Shown piece by piece: positions 1 to 9,979 of a DNA stretch of 64,000 nt (its first letter is position 1; every line of letters starts with the position of its first letter). The translations under genes and the position numbers were made by a program. The notes beneath the pieces are model-generated. The model ran no database searches and was not told the DNA's origin. It was given only the letters and a program-made list of their open reading frames with translations. The stretch is from an uncultured Spirochaetota bacterium (GTDB taxonomy: Bacteria > Spirochaetota > Spirochaetia > SZUA-6 > Fen-1364): NCBI GenBank assembly GCA_963820525.1, contig CAWGAA010000003.1, forward strand, positions 448,001 to 512,000, given 5' to 3'.

Positions 1-780
1 GAGTCCATCCGCGAGGCCGTCCGGATGATGGCGGAGATCTTCCACAACCTGAAATCGGTGCTCAAGTCCAAGGGCTACAACACGGGCGTTGGCGACGAGG
101 GCGGCTATGCCCCCAGCCTCAAGAGCAATGACGAGGCCATCGAGGTCATTCTGCAGGCCATCGACAAGGCGGGATACAAGGCGGGTGACAACGTGTATCT
201 GGCGCTGGACCCCGCCGCATCCGAGTTCTACGATTCAGCCAAGGGCAAGTACGTGTTCAAGAAGTCGGACAAGCGCGAGCTTTCCCCCAAAGAGATGGTG
301 GACTTCTGGGTCAACTGGGCCAACAAGTACCCCATCATCTCCATGGAGGACGCGATGGCCGAGGACGACTGGGAAGGCTGGAAGCTGCTCACCGACAAGC
401 TGGGAAAGAAGATCCAGCTCGTGGGCGACGACCTTTTCGTCACCAACACCAAGCGCCTGAAGATGGGAATCGAGAAGGGGGTGGCCAACTCCATCCTCAT
501 CAAGGTGAACCAGATCGGGACCCTGACCGAGACCTACGAGGCCGTTGAGATGGCCAAGAAGGCCGGCTACACGGCCGTGGTTTCTCACAGGAGCGGCGAG
601 ACCGAGGACAACTTCATCGCGGACCTCGTCGTCGGCCTTGAAACCGGCCAGATCAAGACCGGCTCCCTCTCCCGCTCCGACAGGCTGTCCAAGTACAACC
701 AGCTCATGAGGATCGAGGAGCTTCTGGAAGGAGTCTCCACCTACGCGGGCAAGGATGCGTTCTACTCGATCAAGAAGTAG
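1..780 (+). CDS. eno: Enolase, 5'-truncated by window edge
   Basis: [25 protein letters not shown] and QIKTGS enolase motifs; stop TAG at 778-780. Confidence 0.98.
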   Translation, partial: ESIREAVRMMAEIFHNLKSVLKSKGYNTGVGDEGGYAPSLKSNDEAIEVILQAIDKAGYKAGDNVYLALDPAASEFYDSAKGKYVFKKSDKRELSPKEMVDFWVNWANKYPIISMEDAMAEDDWEGWKLLTDKLGKKIQLVGDDLFVTNTKRLKMGIEKGVANSILIKVNQIGTLTETYEAVEMAKKAGYTAVVSHRSGETEDNFIADLVVGLETGQIKTGSLSRSDRLSKYNQLMRIEELLEGVSTYAGKDAFYSIKK

Positions 781-804
781 CCGGGTAGAATTACGCGAGA
801 TCTG

Positions 805-835
805 AGGGCTGCCCGGAAAGGGCGGCCCTTTTTTT
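805..835 (+). terminator. Rho-independent terminator after eno
   Basis: AGGGCTGCCC-GGAAA-GGGCGGCCCT stem-loop running into a T tract. Confidence 0.9.
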
Positions 836-1094
836 GCGCCCACCATGGAGGTGGGCAGTCGAGTTCCCCTCTCAATAGCCGGTAATTGGCTGTCATGAGG
901 GCCGGGATGCGACTACCGCTCGGTTACGGGGCCGGTTATTGCCGGGAATGCGCAACTTGGATCACCTCGGGTCGGGTGGCGATGGACGTGCCGAAGTCGG
1001 AATCGTGCACGTTTTCTTCGAGAAACGCACCTTGTAGGATCACTCATGCAGTCACTACCTTTAAAATATCTTCACAGGGAAGGAGGATCGATCT

Positions 1095-2426
1095 ATGCGA
1101 AGACGACTTTTCATGGCAATGGCGTTCTCAGGGGCATTCCTGCTCATCATCGCGCTCTCTACCGGCGTGGCCGCTCCGGTCACGCTCCAGTATGGATACT
1201 GGGGAGACCAGAACGAGGAGATTTCGACGACCAACCTGCTCAAGGTGTTCATGGACAAGAACCCCAACATCAAGGTCGTAGGCCTCCGCTTCGGGTCGAA
1301 CACCGAGTTCAACGACAAAATCACGACGCTCGCAGCCGCCGGCACGCTGCCCGACGTCAGCACGTTCTACGAGCCCAACGTGCTCACGTGGGGGATGAGC
1401 GGCAAGTTCGTGGACCTGACGGACTTCTACAAGAAGGGGCCCCCGAAGCTGGACGTCCTCAAGTTTGTCACTCCCGACGGCAAGATCGTCGGCATTAGTG
1501 TGGCAAATGAGATCCAGGTGATCTTCTACAACAAGAGGATCTTTGACGCGGCAAACCTGCCGTATCCTCCCGCCGAAGCGAGTAAGGCGTGGAACTGGAA
1601 CCAGTTTGTCAACGTTGCAAAGAAGCTGACCAGGGACTCGAAGGGCAAGACCCCGAATGACAAAGGCTTCGATCCGAAGAGCATCCGCACCTTCGGCGCC
1701 TGGGTCCAGCAGTGGTGGATGCCCTGGCTCACCTTTGCCGTGAGCAACGGCGGCGGAATGGTCAGTCAGGACGGGAAGAAGCTGCTCATGGACGATCCGG
1801 CGACTATCGATGCCATTCAGAAAATGGCCGACTTGATGAACGTTCACTACGTGAGCCCCGCGCCGCAGTCGCAGCAGATGCCGGGCGCTCCCGCGACAGC
1901 CCTTCTCAGCGGGCAGGTGGCAATGTGTATGGACGGAACGTGGGACCTGCTGACCATCGGGACCACGAAGGAACAGCAGGGACTTGATTTCGGAATGGGC
2001 GTTCTGCCCTACATGAAGAAGCTGGCGACAACGTCTGTGGGGACACCCGAGGTGGTCTACAAGAGTACCAAAAATCTCGATGAGGCGCTCCTGCTCCTGG
2101 GGTTCCTCATGGATCCCAACAGCTCCCTGCCTCTGCTCCAGAACGGCATCTGGCTGCCGAACGAAAAGCAGTGGTACACGAATCCGGACCTGATTCAGAA
2201 GTGGATCGGCAACCCGCGCCATCCGCCCGAGTACAAGACGGCCGTCGTGGATTTCGCACTCAACTATTCGAACCGGCTTCCGCTCTATTACGTCCCGACC
2301 TTTGCGAGGATGGATGACGTCATAGAAGCCGCGCTCGGCCAGGTGTGGCTCGGCCAGAAGACTGCAGCGGACGTGATAAAGAACGAGATCATGCCCAAGA
2401 TCACGCCGATTTTCCAGGGCAAATAA
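1095..2426 (+). CDS. Carbohydrate ABC transporter substrate-binding protein
   Basis: Signal peptide; AAGTLPDV, IFYNKRIFDAANLPYP and GQVAMCMDGTW motifs; AGGAGG RBS; followed by two permeases. Confidence 0.93.
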   Translation: MRRRLFMAMAFSGAFLLIIALSTGVAAPVTLQYGYWGDQNEEISTTNLLKVFMDKNPNIKVVGLRFGSNTEFNDKITTLAAAGTLPDVSTFYEPNVLTWGMSGKFVDLTDFYKKGPPKLDVLKFVTPDGKIVGISVANEIQVIFYNKRIFDAANLPYPPAEASKAWNWNQFVNVAKKLTRDSKGKTPNDKGFDPKSIRTFGAWVQQWWMPWLTFAVSNGGGMVSQDGKKLLMDDPATIDAIQKMADLMNVHYVSPAPQSQQMPGAPATALLSGQVAMCMDGTWDLLTIGTTKEQQGLDFGMGVLPYMKKLATTSVGTPEVVYKSTKNLDEALLLLGFLMDPNSSLPLLQNGIWLPNEKQWYTNPDLIQKWIGNPRHPPEYKTAVVDFALNYSNRLPLYYVPTFARMDDVIEAALGQVWLGQKTAADVIKNEIMPKITPIFQGK

Positions 2427-2501
2427 CGGGTTTCGATCCGGCACTCACTGAGCGCCCCGCGCGATAATTGCCCGGGGCGCTCCCCTGTCGGGAGAGAGCA
2501 C

Positions 2502-3407
2502 GTGAGACAGCGAAAATTTCACGCAGAGGCCCGGGAAGCTGCGGCGGGGTTTCTCTTTGCATTGCCCGTTATTCTCGGTCTTCTCATCTGGGTGATCGCA
2601 CCAATGATCGGCGTGCTCTTCATAAGCCTCACTGACTGGACCGTCCTCAAAGCTCCCAGCTGGGTGGGAATCAGCAACTACGTCAAGCTCTTCATGTCCG
2701 ACCTCTATTTCTGGAACACACTCAAGGTCACTGTATACTATGTCATACTGAACACGGTCGGCACGACGGTGTATGCCCTGATCGTGGCCATACTCCTCAA
2801 CCAGAACATCAAGGGAAGGAGCATCTATCGAAGCATCTTCTACTTGCCAACGATTATCCCCATCGTTGCATCGAGCGCGCTCTGGATGTGGCTGTACAAT
2901 CCCGACTTCGGCCTTATCAACATGATCTTGCAGAGCGTGGGGCTCCCCCGGTCGCTCTGGCTCCTCTCCCAAACCACGGTGGTTCCTTCCATCGTGATCA
3001 TGAGCGTCTGGGGAGGCGCGGGCAACGCAATCGTAATCTTCCTGGCAGCCCTCCAGGGCGTGCCGCGGGAGCTCCTCGAGGCGGTGGAGATCGACGGCGG
3101 GAACTGGTGGCACAGGTTCCGCGCCATCACGCTGCCTATGATCTCGCCCGTCACGTTCTTCAACGTGGTCACCGGCCTGATCGCCTCCTTTACCATCTTC
3201 ACGCAGTCCTACGTGATGACCGAAGGCGGGCCGAACAATGCAAGCCTCTTCTATGTTCTCCTGCTGTACCGGGAAGGGTTCCGGCGCTTCAACATAGGCG
3301 GCGCGGCCGCCCTTTCGTGGGTGCTTATCATCATCGTGTCCTTCCTCAGCCTCCTGATCTTCCGGACCTCCCGACGGTGGATTTATTACGAAGGAGAACA
3401 GCGATGA
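2502..3407 (+). CDS. Carbohydrate ABC transporter permease (MalF/UgpA-like)
   Basis: Multiple TM segments; EAA loop ELLEAVEIDGGN; MTEGGPNNAS. Confidence 0.95.
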   Translation: MRQRKFHAEAREAAAGFLFALPVILGLLIWVIAPMIGVLFISLTDWTVLKAPSWVGISNYVKLFMSDLYFWNTLKVTVYYVILNTVGTTVYALIVAILLNQNIKGRSIYRSIFYLPTIIPIVASSALWMWLYNPDFGLINMILQSVGLPRSLWLLSQTTVVPSIVIMSVWGGAGNAIVIFLAALQGVPRELLEAVEIDGGNWWHRFRAITLPMISPVTFFNVVTGLIASFTIFTQSYVMTEGGPNNASLFYVLLLYREGFRRFNIGGAAALSWVLIIIVSFLSLLIFRTSRRWIYYEGEQR

Positions 3408-4243
3408 GGCTGACCGCGGCACGCGCAACGGCCAAGGGTCTGGTCTATCTCGCTCTCACCGTCGGCGCCGTGTTCTGCTTCCTGCCAGTCTTCTGGCTGA
3501 TCCGAAGCTCTGTGATGACTCTGGGCGACATATTCAAGTACCCACCGATCTTTTGGCCCGCCCACATCCGCTGGCAGAACTTTGCCGACGCCATGCAGGC
3601 GAGCCCATTCCTTCTGTATTTCAGGAACACGCTCATCGTGCTCACCCCGAACGTGGTAGGATCCCTCCTCACGGCGAGCATGTCGGCTTACGGACTGGCA
3701 CGGTTCCGCTTTCCCCTGCGCAACTTCTGGTTCGCGCTCGTGCTGGGAGCGATCATTCTTCCCCCCGCGGTGGTGCTCATTCCGCAGTTCCTCATGTGGA
3801 GCAAGATCCACCTCGTGAATACGTTCTTCCCTCTCATCGTGCCGGTCTGGTTTGGAGGCGGCGCTTTCAACGTGTTCCTCCTTCGGCAGTTCTTTCTCAC
3901 GATCCCGAAGGATTTCGACGACGCCGCGCGGATGGACGGCGCCACATACTGGCGCATCTATTGGCAGATCATGATCCCCTTCATCCAGCCAGCTCTCATC
4001 GCTGTCGGGCTCTTCCAGTTCCTCTTTGCCTGGAACGATTTCTTCAACCCGCTGATCTACCTGAGCTCCAAGGAAACCTATACCCTGGCCATCGGGCTTC
4101 GGTTCTTCATCAGCGGCTATGCGACCTTCTGGAACAACCTCATGGCCGCCTCCCTCATTGTCCTTGTCCCGCCGGTGATCGTCTTCCTCATCGGACAGCG
4201 TTATTTCATTGAAGGCGTTACGCTCACCGGGATCAAGGGATAG
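3404..4243 (+). CDS. Carbohydrate ABC transporter permease (MalG/UgpE-like)
   Basis: ATG at 3404 overlaps the upstream TGA (ATGA) and has an AAGGAG RBS; DDAARMDGA loop; ends FIEGVTLTGIKG. Confidence 0.95.
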   Translation: MRLTAARATAKGLVYLALTVGAVFCFLPVFWLIRSSVMTLGDIFKYPPIFWPAHIRWQNFADAMQASPFLLYFRNTLIVLTPNVVGSLLTASMSAYGLARFRFPLRNFWFALVLGAIILPPAVVLIPQFLMWSKIHLVNTFFPLIVPVWFGGGAFNVFLLRQFFLTIPKDFDDAARMDGATYWRIYWQIMIPFIQPALIAVGLFQFLFAWNDFFNPLIYLSSKETYTLAIGLRFFISGYATFWNNLMAASLIVLVPPVIVFLIGQRYFIEGVTLTGIKG

Positions 4244-4371
4244 GAGCGGCTCCCTCTATTTGAGCGCCAGAAACAAGGCGACGAAAAAGCTCTTGAAGAC
4301 GCAGTCGACGTTCGAGAACCCCGCTTCTTTCAGCAATCGAAGCTGGTCTGAAACGGGCGCGTCCCGGTCAT
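4214..4371. repeat. Left copy of ~158-bp imperfect direct repeat (partner 16934-17091)
   Basis: Ungapped alignment at offset 12720 with 16 mismatches by manual count; spans the permease 3' end and the methyltransferase 3' end. Confidence 0.95.
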
Positions 4372-4379
4372 GCGCAATC
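4256..4379 (-). pseudogene. 3' remnant (~38 codons) of the SAM methyltransferase that is intact at 16976-17653
   Basis: Reverse translation DRDAPVSDQLRLLKEAGFSNVDCVFKSFFVALFLALK* matches the C-terminus of the intact gene. Confidence 0.9.
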
Positions 4380-4581
4380 ATACTGGTATCCGACTTGCAG
4401 CAATTTGAAGTATTGGATGTAATAGAAAGAATGGAAAACCGTCGTTTGGACTATCATTTAATTGAAATCACATGCTTTTCATGCTAGACTTGGATTAAAG
4501 CTAGCGTAGGTCCTGCTTTTTAGCGCAAGTACTTATGTATTCTCGTGCAAGTGGCGGATTCTTGCACGGCGTGAGTCGGGA

Positions 4582-6645
4582 ATGTTCGGCAGAAGAGGAG
4601 CATTCTGCCTTATCACGATCACCCTCTTTTCAGCGCTTTCGGCGCACGCGCTAGATTTCGCTCTTCGCTTCATGCCGGAAGCCTCGATGCCAATGCCCGG
4701 CGAGAGCGCCGAATTGTTTTCCGTGGGTGGGGGCGGGGTCTTGAGCGCGGACATGGAGCTGTTCGGCTTCCTCTCGCCCGCCCTGGAAATGGGATTCCTC
4801 CTGGCACCCGCTAAAAACACCGGAAAAAACTTTCTTCTGGCCAACGGCGGCATCGATCTCAGCGTTTTCTTCTACCCCATTCCGCGCCTGAAAACCAGGA
4901 TCGGGGCCGGCGGGGGAATGTACTACGGCCAATATGCAACGGCCCAAACGGCCTTCAATTACTATTGGAAAGCACGGGGCGAAATCGGCTATCGCTTCAT
5001 CCCGTCTTTTTCCCTCCTGCTGGGTGGAGAGTACACCCAATACCTGTATCGGGGCGGCACCCATTATTCCGGCATCTCCATCGGCCTCAGCGCCGATTTG
5101 AACCTCGGATTTCTCGCCTCGCGCGAATCGGGCATATCCTTGGCGACGACGCAGACGGATGCCGTATTTCCCATCCTCTACACCGCCTACGATCACGCTC
5201 CCCTGGGCTTCGCGAAGATCACAAACAGCGAGCAGGCGGAGATCCGTGACGTCTCCGTGTCTTTCCAGATCGCCAATTACACCTCTCAGCCCAAGCTCTG
5301 CGCGCGCCTTCCTCTCCTGGAAAGGGGAGGCTCCGCTGAGGTGCCCCTCTATGCGACGTTCAACGAGCGCGTGCTCGCTCTCGCGGAAAACACCAAGGTT
5401 CAGGCCGAAATCATCGTGAGCTACAGCCTGCTGGATGCGCGGATGGAATCCAAGAAGGCGCAGACCATCTCGTTCACCCATCGCAACGCCGCCACGTGGA
5501 AAGACCCGAACATTGCCGCGGCGTTCGTATCCCCCAACAACCCCGCCGTTCTGGAATACTCGAAATACATCGCGGGGTTGGTGCGGGACAGAATTCGTTC
5601 CGGAATTGACGGGAACCTCCAATATGGAATGGGCCTTTTTGAAGGCCTGCGCCTGGGCGGTGTGACATACGCCGCTGATCCCAGCACGCCGTACAAAGCG
5701 TATCGCAAAGATCCGAGCAGGATAGACTACCTCCAGTATCCCGGCCAGACCCTCTCATACAAGAGCGGAGAATGCGACGATCTTTCGATCCTCTTCGCCG
5801 CGCTTCTGGAATCGGTGGGAATCGAGTGCGCCTTCCTGCCGTTCGACGACGAGTTCTGCGTGGCCTTTGCCCTTGATGCAACGGAGGAGGAAGCCCGCGC
5901 GGCGTTTCTCGATCCGTCTTCGCTCGTGTTCCATGAAGGCAAGGCGTGGGTCCCGATCCGCATGTCGCTCATCCAGGAAGGATTCGTCGCGGCGTGGCAG
6001 GGCGGAGCCAGAATGTGGAACGACGCTCTCACCGGCGGCCTTTCCCCGCCCATGAACACGCTCGCGGCAGCATGGAAAACGTATCAGCCCGTCGGGGTCC
6101 CCGACGTGGAATCCCGGATCGCGAAACCCACGGAAGAACAAATCGCGGTTGCCTTCGAGAACGCCATTCACCGTTTCATCTCTGCTGAAATACAGCCCCA
6201 GGTGGGGAAGCTCGTTTCGCAAATGAGCCCGCCGGACGGCACGCCGAAGCAGCAGAACGCCCTGGGGATCCTCTACGCGCGCTATGGCTTGCTGAAGGAG
6301 GCGAAAGGAGCGTTCGAGAAAGCCGCGGCAGCGAATCACCTCCCCGCCCTGATCAACATGGGAAACATCTTGTTCCTGGAAGGACGCTATGAAGAGGCGA
6401 TCGGCTACTTCCAGCGCGTCCTCGCCGTGCAGCCCGCCAACACGGCCGCTCTCCTGGGCCTGGCCCGAGCCAAGTACGAGCTTGATCAATTCAGCGAATC
6501 CGATGCGTTGATCGGCAAGGTACGCGAGCTGAATCCGGAGCTGGCCGCGAAGTACTCGTACCTGGCATCACAGATCAGCGGTGCCGCCTCTCGCGCCTCC
6601 TCCGCACGGGATCGAGGCGAGATGATCTGGAGCACCGAAGAGTGA
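4582..6645 (+). CDS. Secreted beta-barrel-like + Ig-like + transglutaminase-like + TPR protein (paralog A; catalytic His absent)
   Basis: Signal peptide (SAHA); N-terminal alternating beta-strands with G-Y/F-R-F ends; SGECDDLSILFAALLESVG core; C-terminal TPRs. Confidence 0.75.
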   Translation: MFGRRGAFCLITITLFSALSAHALDFALRFMPEASMPMPGESAELFSVGGGGVLSADMELFGFLSPALEMGFLLAPAKNTGKNFLLANGGIDLSVFFYPIPRLKTRIGAGGGMYYGQYATAQTAFNYYWKARGEIGYRFIPSFSLLLGGEYTQYLYRGGTHYSGISIGLSADLNLGFLASRESGISLATTQTDAVFPILYTAYDHAPLGFAKITNSEQAEIRDVSVSFQIANYTSQPKLCARLPLLERGGSAEVPLYATFNERVLALAENTKVQAEIIVSYSLLDARMESKKAQTISFTHRNAATWKDPNIAAAFVSPNNPAVLEYSKYIAGLVRDRIRSGIDGNLQYGMGLFEGLRLGGVTYAADPSTPYKAYRKDPSRIDYLQYPGQTLSYKSGECDDLSILFAALLESVGIECAFLPFDDEFCVAFALDATEEEARAAFLDPSSLVFHEGKAWVPIRMSLIQEGFVAAWQGGARMWNDALTGGLSPPMNTLAAAWKTYQPVGVPDVESRIAKPTEEQIAVAFENAIHRFISAEIQPQVGKLVSQMSPPDGTPKQQNALGILYARYGLLKEAKGAFEKAAAANHLPALINMGNILFLEGRYEEAIGYFQRVLAVQPANTAALLGLARAKYELDQFSESDALIGKVRELNPELAAKYSYLASQISGAASRASSARDRGEMIWSTEE

Positions 6646-6652
6646 AGCTGAA

Positions 6653-9600
6653 GTGAAACATCGCGCTTCATTAGCCGCTATCCTCTTCCTGCTGGCCTGC
6701 CGAATCGCCGGCGCTCAGGCCCAAGACAGCCTCACCGTGCGGGCCCAGGGGCAGGCCGTGTTTCCGATTCTGGAAGACGCGGCGATCTACACCATCGGCT
6801 ACGGCGGGTCGCTCTCCCTCGATTATTCCCTTTTTCCGTTTTTCTCCCCCTTCTTCCGCGTCGACTGGCTGAACGAGACCCCGCGGTCCTTGTCCACGCT
6901 CACCGTCGCGGGGACGGGACTCGGAGTCGATTTTTCCTTCACCCCCCTGGAACGGTTGGTCCTCCGGCTGGACGGGATGGGGGGCTACTATGCCGCGTTT
7001 TTCCGGGACATCAACGTCTCGAGCTTCTATATCGGGGGAAACGCGGAAGTGGGTTTCCGTATCTCCCCCTTCCTCACCCTTTCCGCATCGGGCGGCGTCT
7101 CGCGCTTCTTTGGCAAGAGCCAGCCGCTTCTCACCGCGGCCACCGCCGGACTGTCGGCCGCCTTTCACCTCAGCGGCCTTGGAGCAAGCCGGGTCCAGAT
7201 CGCTGTCGGGCGCATCGAACGCCTCTTCCCCGTGTTCTACTCCTATTACGACGACCATCCCTTCGGGTCCGCGATCATCTCCAACAAAGAGGAAGCCGAG
7301 ATACGCGACGTGCGCGTGTCGCTTTCCATGGCGCAATACATGGCGCAGCCCAAGCTGTGCGCGCAGGCGGACTCCCTGGCGCAGGGCCGCTCGATGGAGG
7401 TCCCCCTCTACGCCATCCTCAGCGACGCGGTGCTTTCGCTCACGGAAAACACGAAAGCGCAGTGCGAGATCATCGTGGACTACACCCTCTTCGGCTCCGC
7501 GCGGCAGGCGCGGGCATCCGCGGTGCTGGAGTTCTATCACCGCAACGCGATGAGCTGGGACGACGACCGCAAGGCGGCCGCCTTCGTCTCTCCCACGGAT
7601 CCTGCGGCGCTGTGGTTCGCGCGCTTCACCGGCAGGGTCGCTCAGGAGCGGATGAGGGTCGATATCGACCGAAACCTCCAGCTCGCGATGGGGCTGTTCG
7701 AAGCGGAGAGGCTCTACGGAATCAACTACGTCGTGGACCCCTCCAGCTCGTATGTCGAAAAATCGGCCAAGGACGACGCGGTGGACTACCTTCAGTATCC
7801 CCATCAGACCCTGTTCTACAGGGGCGGGGACTGTGACGATCTCTCCATCCTCTTTGCGGCACTTTTAGAGTCCGTCGGCGTCAGAACCGCCTTCATCACC
7901 ATTCCCGGCCACATCTACATGGCGTTCTCCCTCAGTGTGCCCGAGCAGGAGGCCCGGGAGGGAATTTTCGACCCCGCTCTCTTGATCTCCTACGGAGGAC
8001 AGGCCTGGGTGCCCGTGGAGATAACCATGGTGAAGGAGGGTTTCGTCAAGGCGTGGCGCATCGGCGCCAAGGAATGGGCGGATAACGTCAAGACGGGCCA
8101 AGCCCGGTTCTACCCCATGCGGGATTCCTGGAAGCTCTACGCGCCCGTGGGAATTCCCGACGTCAACCCGCGCTTCACGCTTCCCGATGAAAAGGACGTC
8201 GCACAGGCGTTTGACGATTCCGTGAACCGCTACGTGGCAAGGGAAATCGAGCAGGAGCTTGCGCTGTTCCTTGCCGCCCACCAGGGAGCGGATTCTCCCG
8301 AAACCGCAAACGAGCTGGGAACGATCTACGGCAGGCACGGCATGTTGAAGGAGGCCTGGACGCATTTCTCCCGGTCCGCCGGCTCGCGCAACGCGCGCGC
8401 CGCGGCCAACCTCGGCAACGTCGCGTTCCTGCGCGCGGACTACCAGACGGCCCTTACCCACTACCAGGAGGCTCTCTCCATCGATCCTGCGAACGCGGTG
8501 GCGCTTCTCGGCATCTCCCGCAGCCACTACGAGTTGGAACGCTTCGAGGAATCCGAAGAAGCGTACAGAGAGCTGCGCGCTCAGGAGCCCGAGCTTGCCT
8601 CCCGCTACGGCTACCTTGTTTCGATACTGAGCGGGCAAGGGAGAGCAAGGACCTTCTCAGAGCGGCTCTATTCGATCGTATGGGATTCGCCTTCCCGTCG
8701 CATCGCTCAGGCGCCTCGCGCGCCGGCAGCTCAGGCTCCCTCTCGTGTACCGATAGCTCAGGTCCCTTCTCCCGCGCCGGCAGCTCAGGCGGCCGCCCCG
8801 AAGACCGCTGAAACTGGCGCCGTCCCAGCAGCCGCCCCAGCGACCGCGCAGCCTATTCCTCCCGCAGCCGCTCAAGGGACGGTGCCCGAGAATGCCTCAG
8901 CTACCGCTGCGGCTGCTCCCGTGACCGCGCCTGTTTCTACCCCAGTGCCACAAGCTGCGCCCGAGACTGCCCCTGCCGCTGTAGCTGCCCCGGTGACTAC
9001 GCCCGCTGCCTCAGCTCCCTCTCCTGCGCCTGAGACCGCCCCAGCGAGCGCCCCTCAAGCAGCCCCAGTTGCTACTACGGCTGCTCCCGTGACCCCGCCT
9101 GTCTCTACCCCGGCGCCACAATCTGCGCCCGAGACTGTCCCTGCTGCTGTAGCTGCTCCCGCACAGTCTGCGCCCGAGCCCATTCCGGCTCCCCAGTCCG
9201 CGCCAGCGCCAACGCGCGAGCCAACGTCTGCATCCACATCGGCGCCGAATAAAACAGCGCCCGAACCCGCGCCTCTCGCGGCGCCGGGCGAAAAAGAACC
9301 GGCAACGGAATCCGCACCGGCGCCCAAACCTTTGGCGCCTCTGGAGCCGCCGCAGGCGCCCGCATCCAAGGGACAATCCCCCGCAAGCCCGAAGCCGGCC
9401 GGACAAATCCCCGCGGCCACCGCCACCCTCCTGGAGGGATTCAGTACCGCAATTCCAGTGGTTGGCAGATGGCGGTTGAGCGAGGAAACGGCCCGCCAGT
9501 ACGACGGCAAATCCCTTTTCGCCAAGCTGGTGGTCCCGCTTTTTCAGGCGGCCAAGCCCGTCCGCTATTCCTTCAGCGCCCGCTCAGACGGATCCGGATG

Positions 9601-9979
9601 GGTCGGATTCGGGCTGCACATTTTCGTTGATCAGCCCGCCGCGCGGTGGAGCTACGGATCGGGGAAATCGCTCCTGGTCTGGTTCACGAGCGATCCCGAG
9701 AGCTACGGAGACGAGCGGACGCGCCTTCAGCTCTATCGCTCCGAGAACGACATCGATATGCGCTTGCTGCGGGAAACGATCGTGCCCGAGTCGATTTTCA
9801 AGACCAACACCGTCTCCATCGACATGGACCCGAAAATGGGCACGCTCATCGTTCTCGTCAATGGAAAAGAGCGTCTCCGATGTTCAGGCTTCAAGGACAT
9901 CGCAGACGGCGCGAGCATGGTCTTTCGCGCCCTGGACAGGGCGACTTTCCAGAGCTTTCGCGTGGAGGAACTCCGATGA
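6653..9979 (+). CDS. Secreted beta-barrel-like + transglutaminase-like + TPR protein with Pro/Ala linker and C-terminal beta-rich domain (paralog B; Cys-His intact)
   Basis: Colinear with paralog A; GGDCDDLSILFAALLESVGVRTAFITIPGHIYMAF; TPRs; ~240-aa P/A/T-rich linker; ~180-aa C-terminal domain. Confidence 0.75.
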   Translation: MKHRASLAAILFLLACRIAGAQAQDSLTVRAQGQAVFPILEDAAIYTIGYGGSLSLDYSLFPFFSPFFRVDWLNETPRSLSTLTVAGTGLGVDFSFTPLERLVLRLDGMGGYYAAFFRDINVSSFYIGGNAEVGFRISPFLTLSASGGVSRFFGKSQPLLTAATAGLSAAFHLSGLGASRVQIAVGRIERLFPVFYSYYDDHPFGSAIISNKEEAEIRDVRVSLSMAQYMAQPKLCAQADSLAQGRSMEVPLYAILSDAVLSLTENTKAQCEIIVDYTLFGSARQARASAVLEFYHRNAMSWDDDRKAAAFVSPTDPAALWFARFTGRVAQERMRVDIDRNLQLAMGLFEAERLYGINYVVDPSSSYVEKSAKDDAVDYLQYPHQTLFYRGGDCDDLSILFAALLESVGVRTAFITIPGHIYMAFSLSVPEQEAREGIFDPALLISYGGQAWVPVEITMVKEGFVKAWRIGAKEWADNVKTGQARFYPMRDSWKLYAPVGIPDVNPRFTLPDEKDVAQAFDDSVNRYVAREIEQELALFLAAHQGADSPETANELGTIYGRHGMLKEAWTHFSRSAGSRNARAAANLGNVAFLRADYQTALTHYQEALSIDPANAVALLGISRSHYELERFEESEEAYRELRAQEPELASRYGYLVSILSGQGRARTFSERLYSIVWDSPSRRIAQAPRAPAAQAPSRVPIAQVPSPAPAAQAAAPKTAETGAVPAAAPATAQPIPPAAAQGTVPENASATAAAAPVTAPVSTPVPQAAPETAPAAVAAPVTTPAASAPSPAPETAPASAPQAAPVATTAAPVTPPVSTPAPQSAPETVPAAVAAPAQSAPEPIPAPQSAPAPTREPTSASTSAPNKTAPEPAPLAAPGEKEPATESAPAPKPLAPLEPPQAPASKGQSPASPKPAGQIPAATATLLEGFSTAIPVVGRWRLSEETARQYDGKSLFAKLVVPLFQAAKPVRYSFSARSDGSGWVGFGLHIFVDQPAARWSYGSGKSLLVWFTSDPESYGDERTRLQLYRSENDIDMRLLRETIVPESIFKTNTVSIDMDPKMGTLIVLVNGKERLRCSGFKDIADGASMVFRALDRATFQSFRVEELR

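Noticed and set aside
2888..3403. ORF-track extension of the second permease
   Set aside because: It overlaps the first permease out of frame; the real start is 3404.
1095..4243. Missing ATPase in the ABC cluster as a novelty
   Set aside because: CUT1 sugar transporters commonly share an MsmX/MsiK-type ATPase encoded elsewhere.
9646..9975. ORF-track N-terminal extension of the giant protein
   Set aside because: It overlaps paralog B in another frame. ATG 9976 has an RBS, an ATGA overlap and a following lipoprotein signal.
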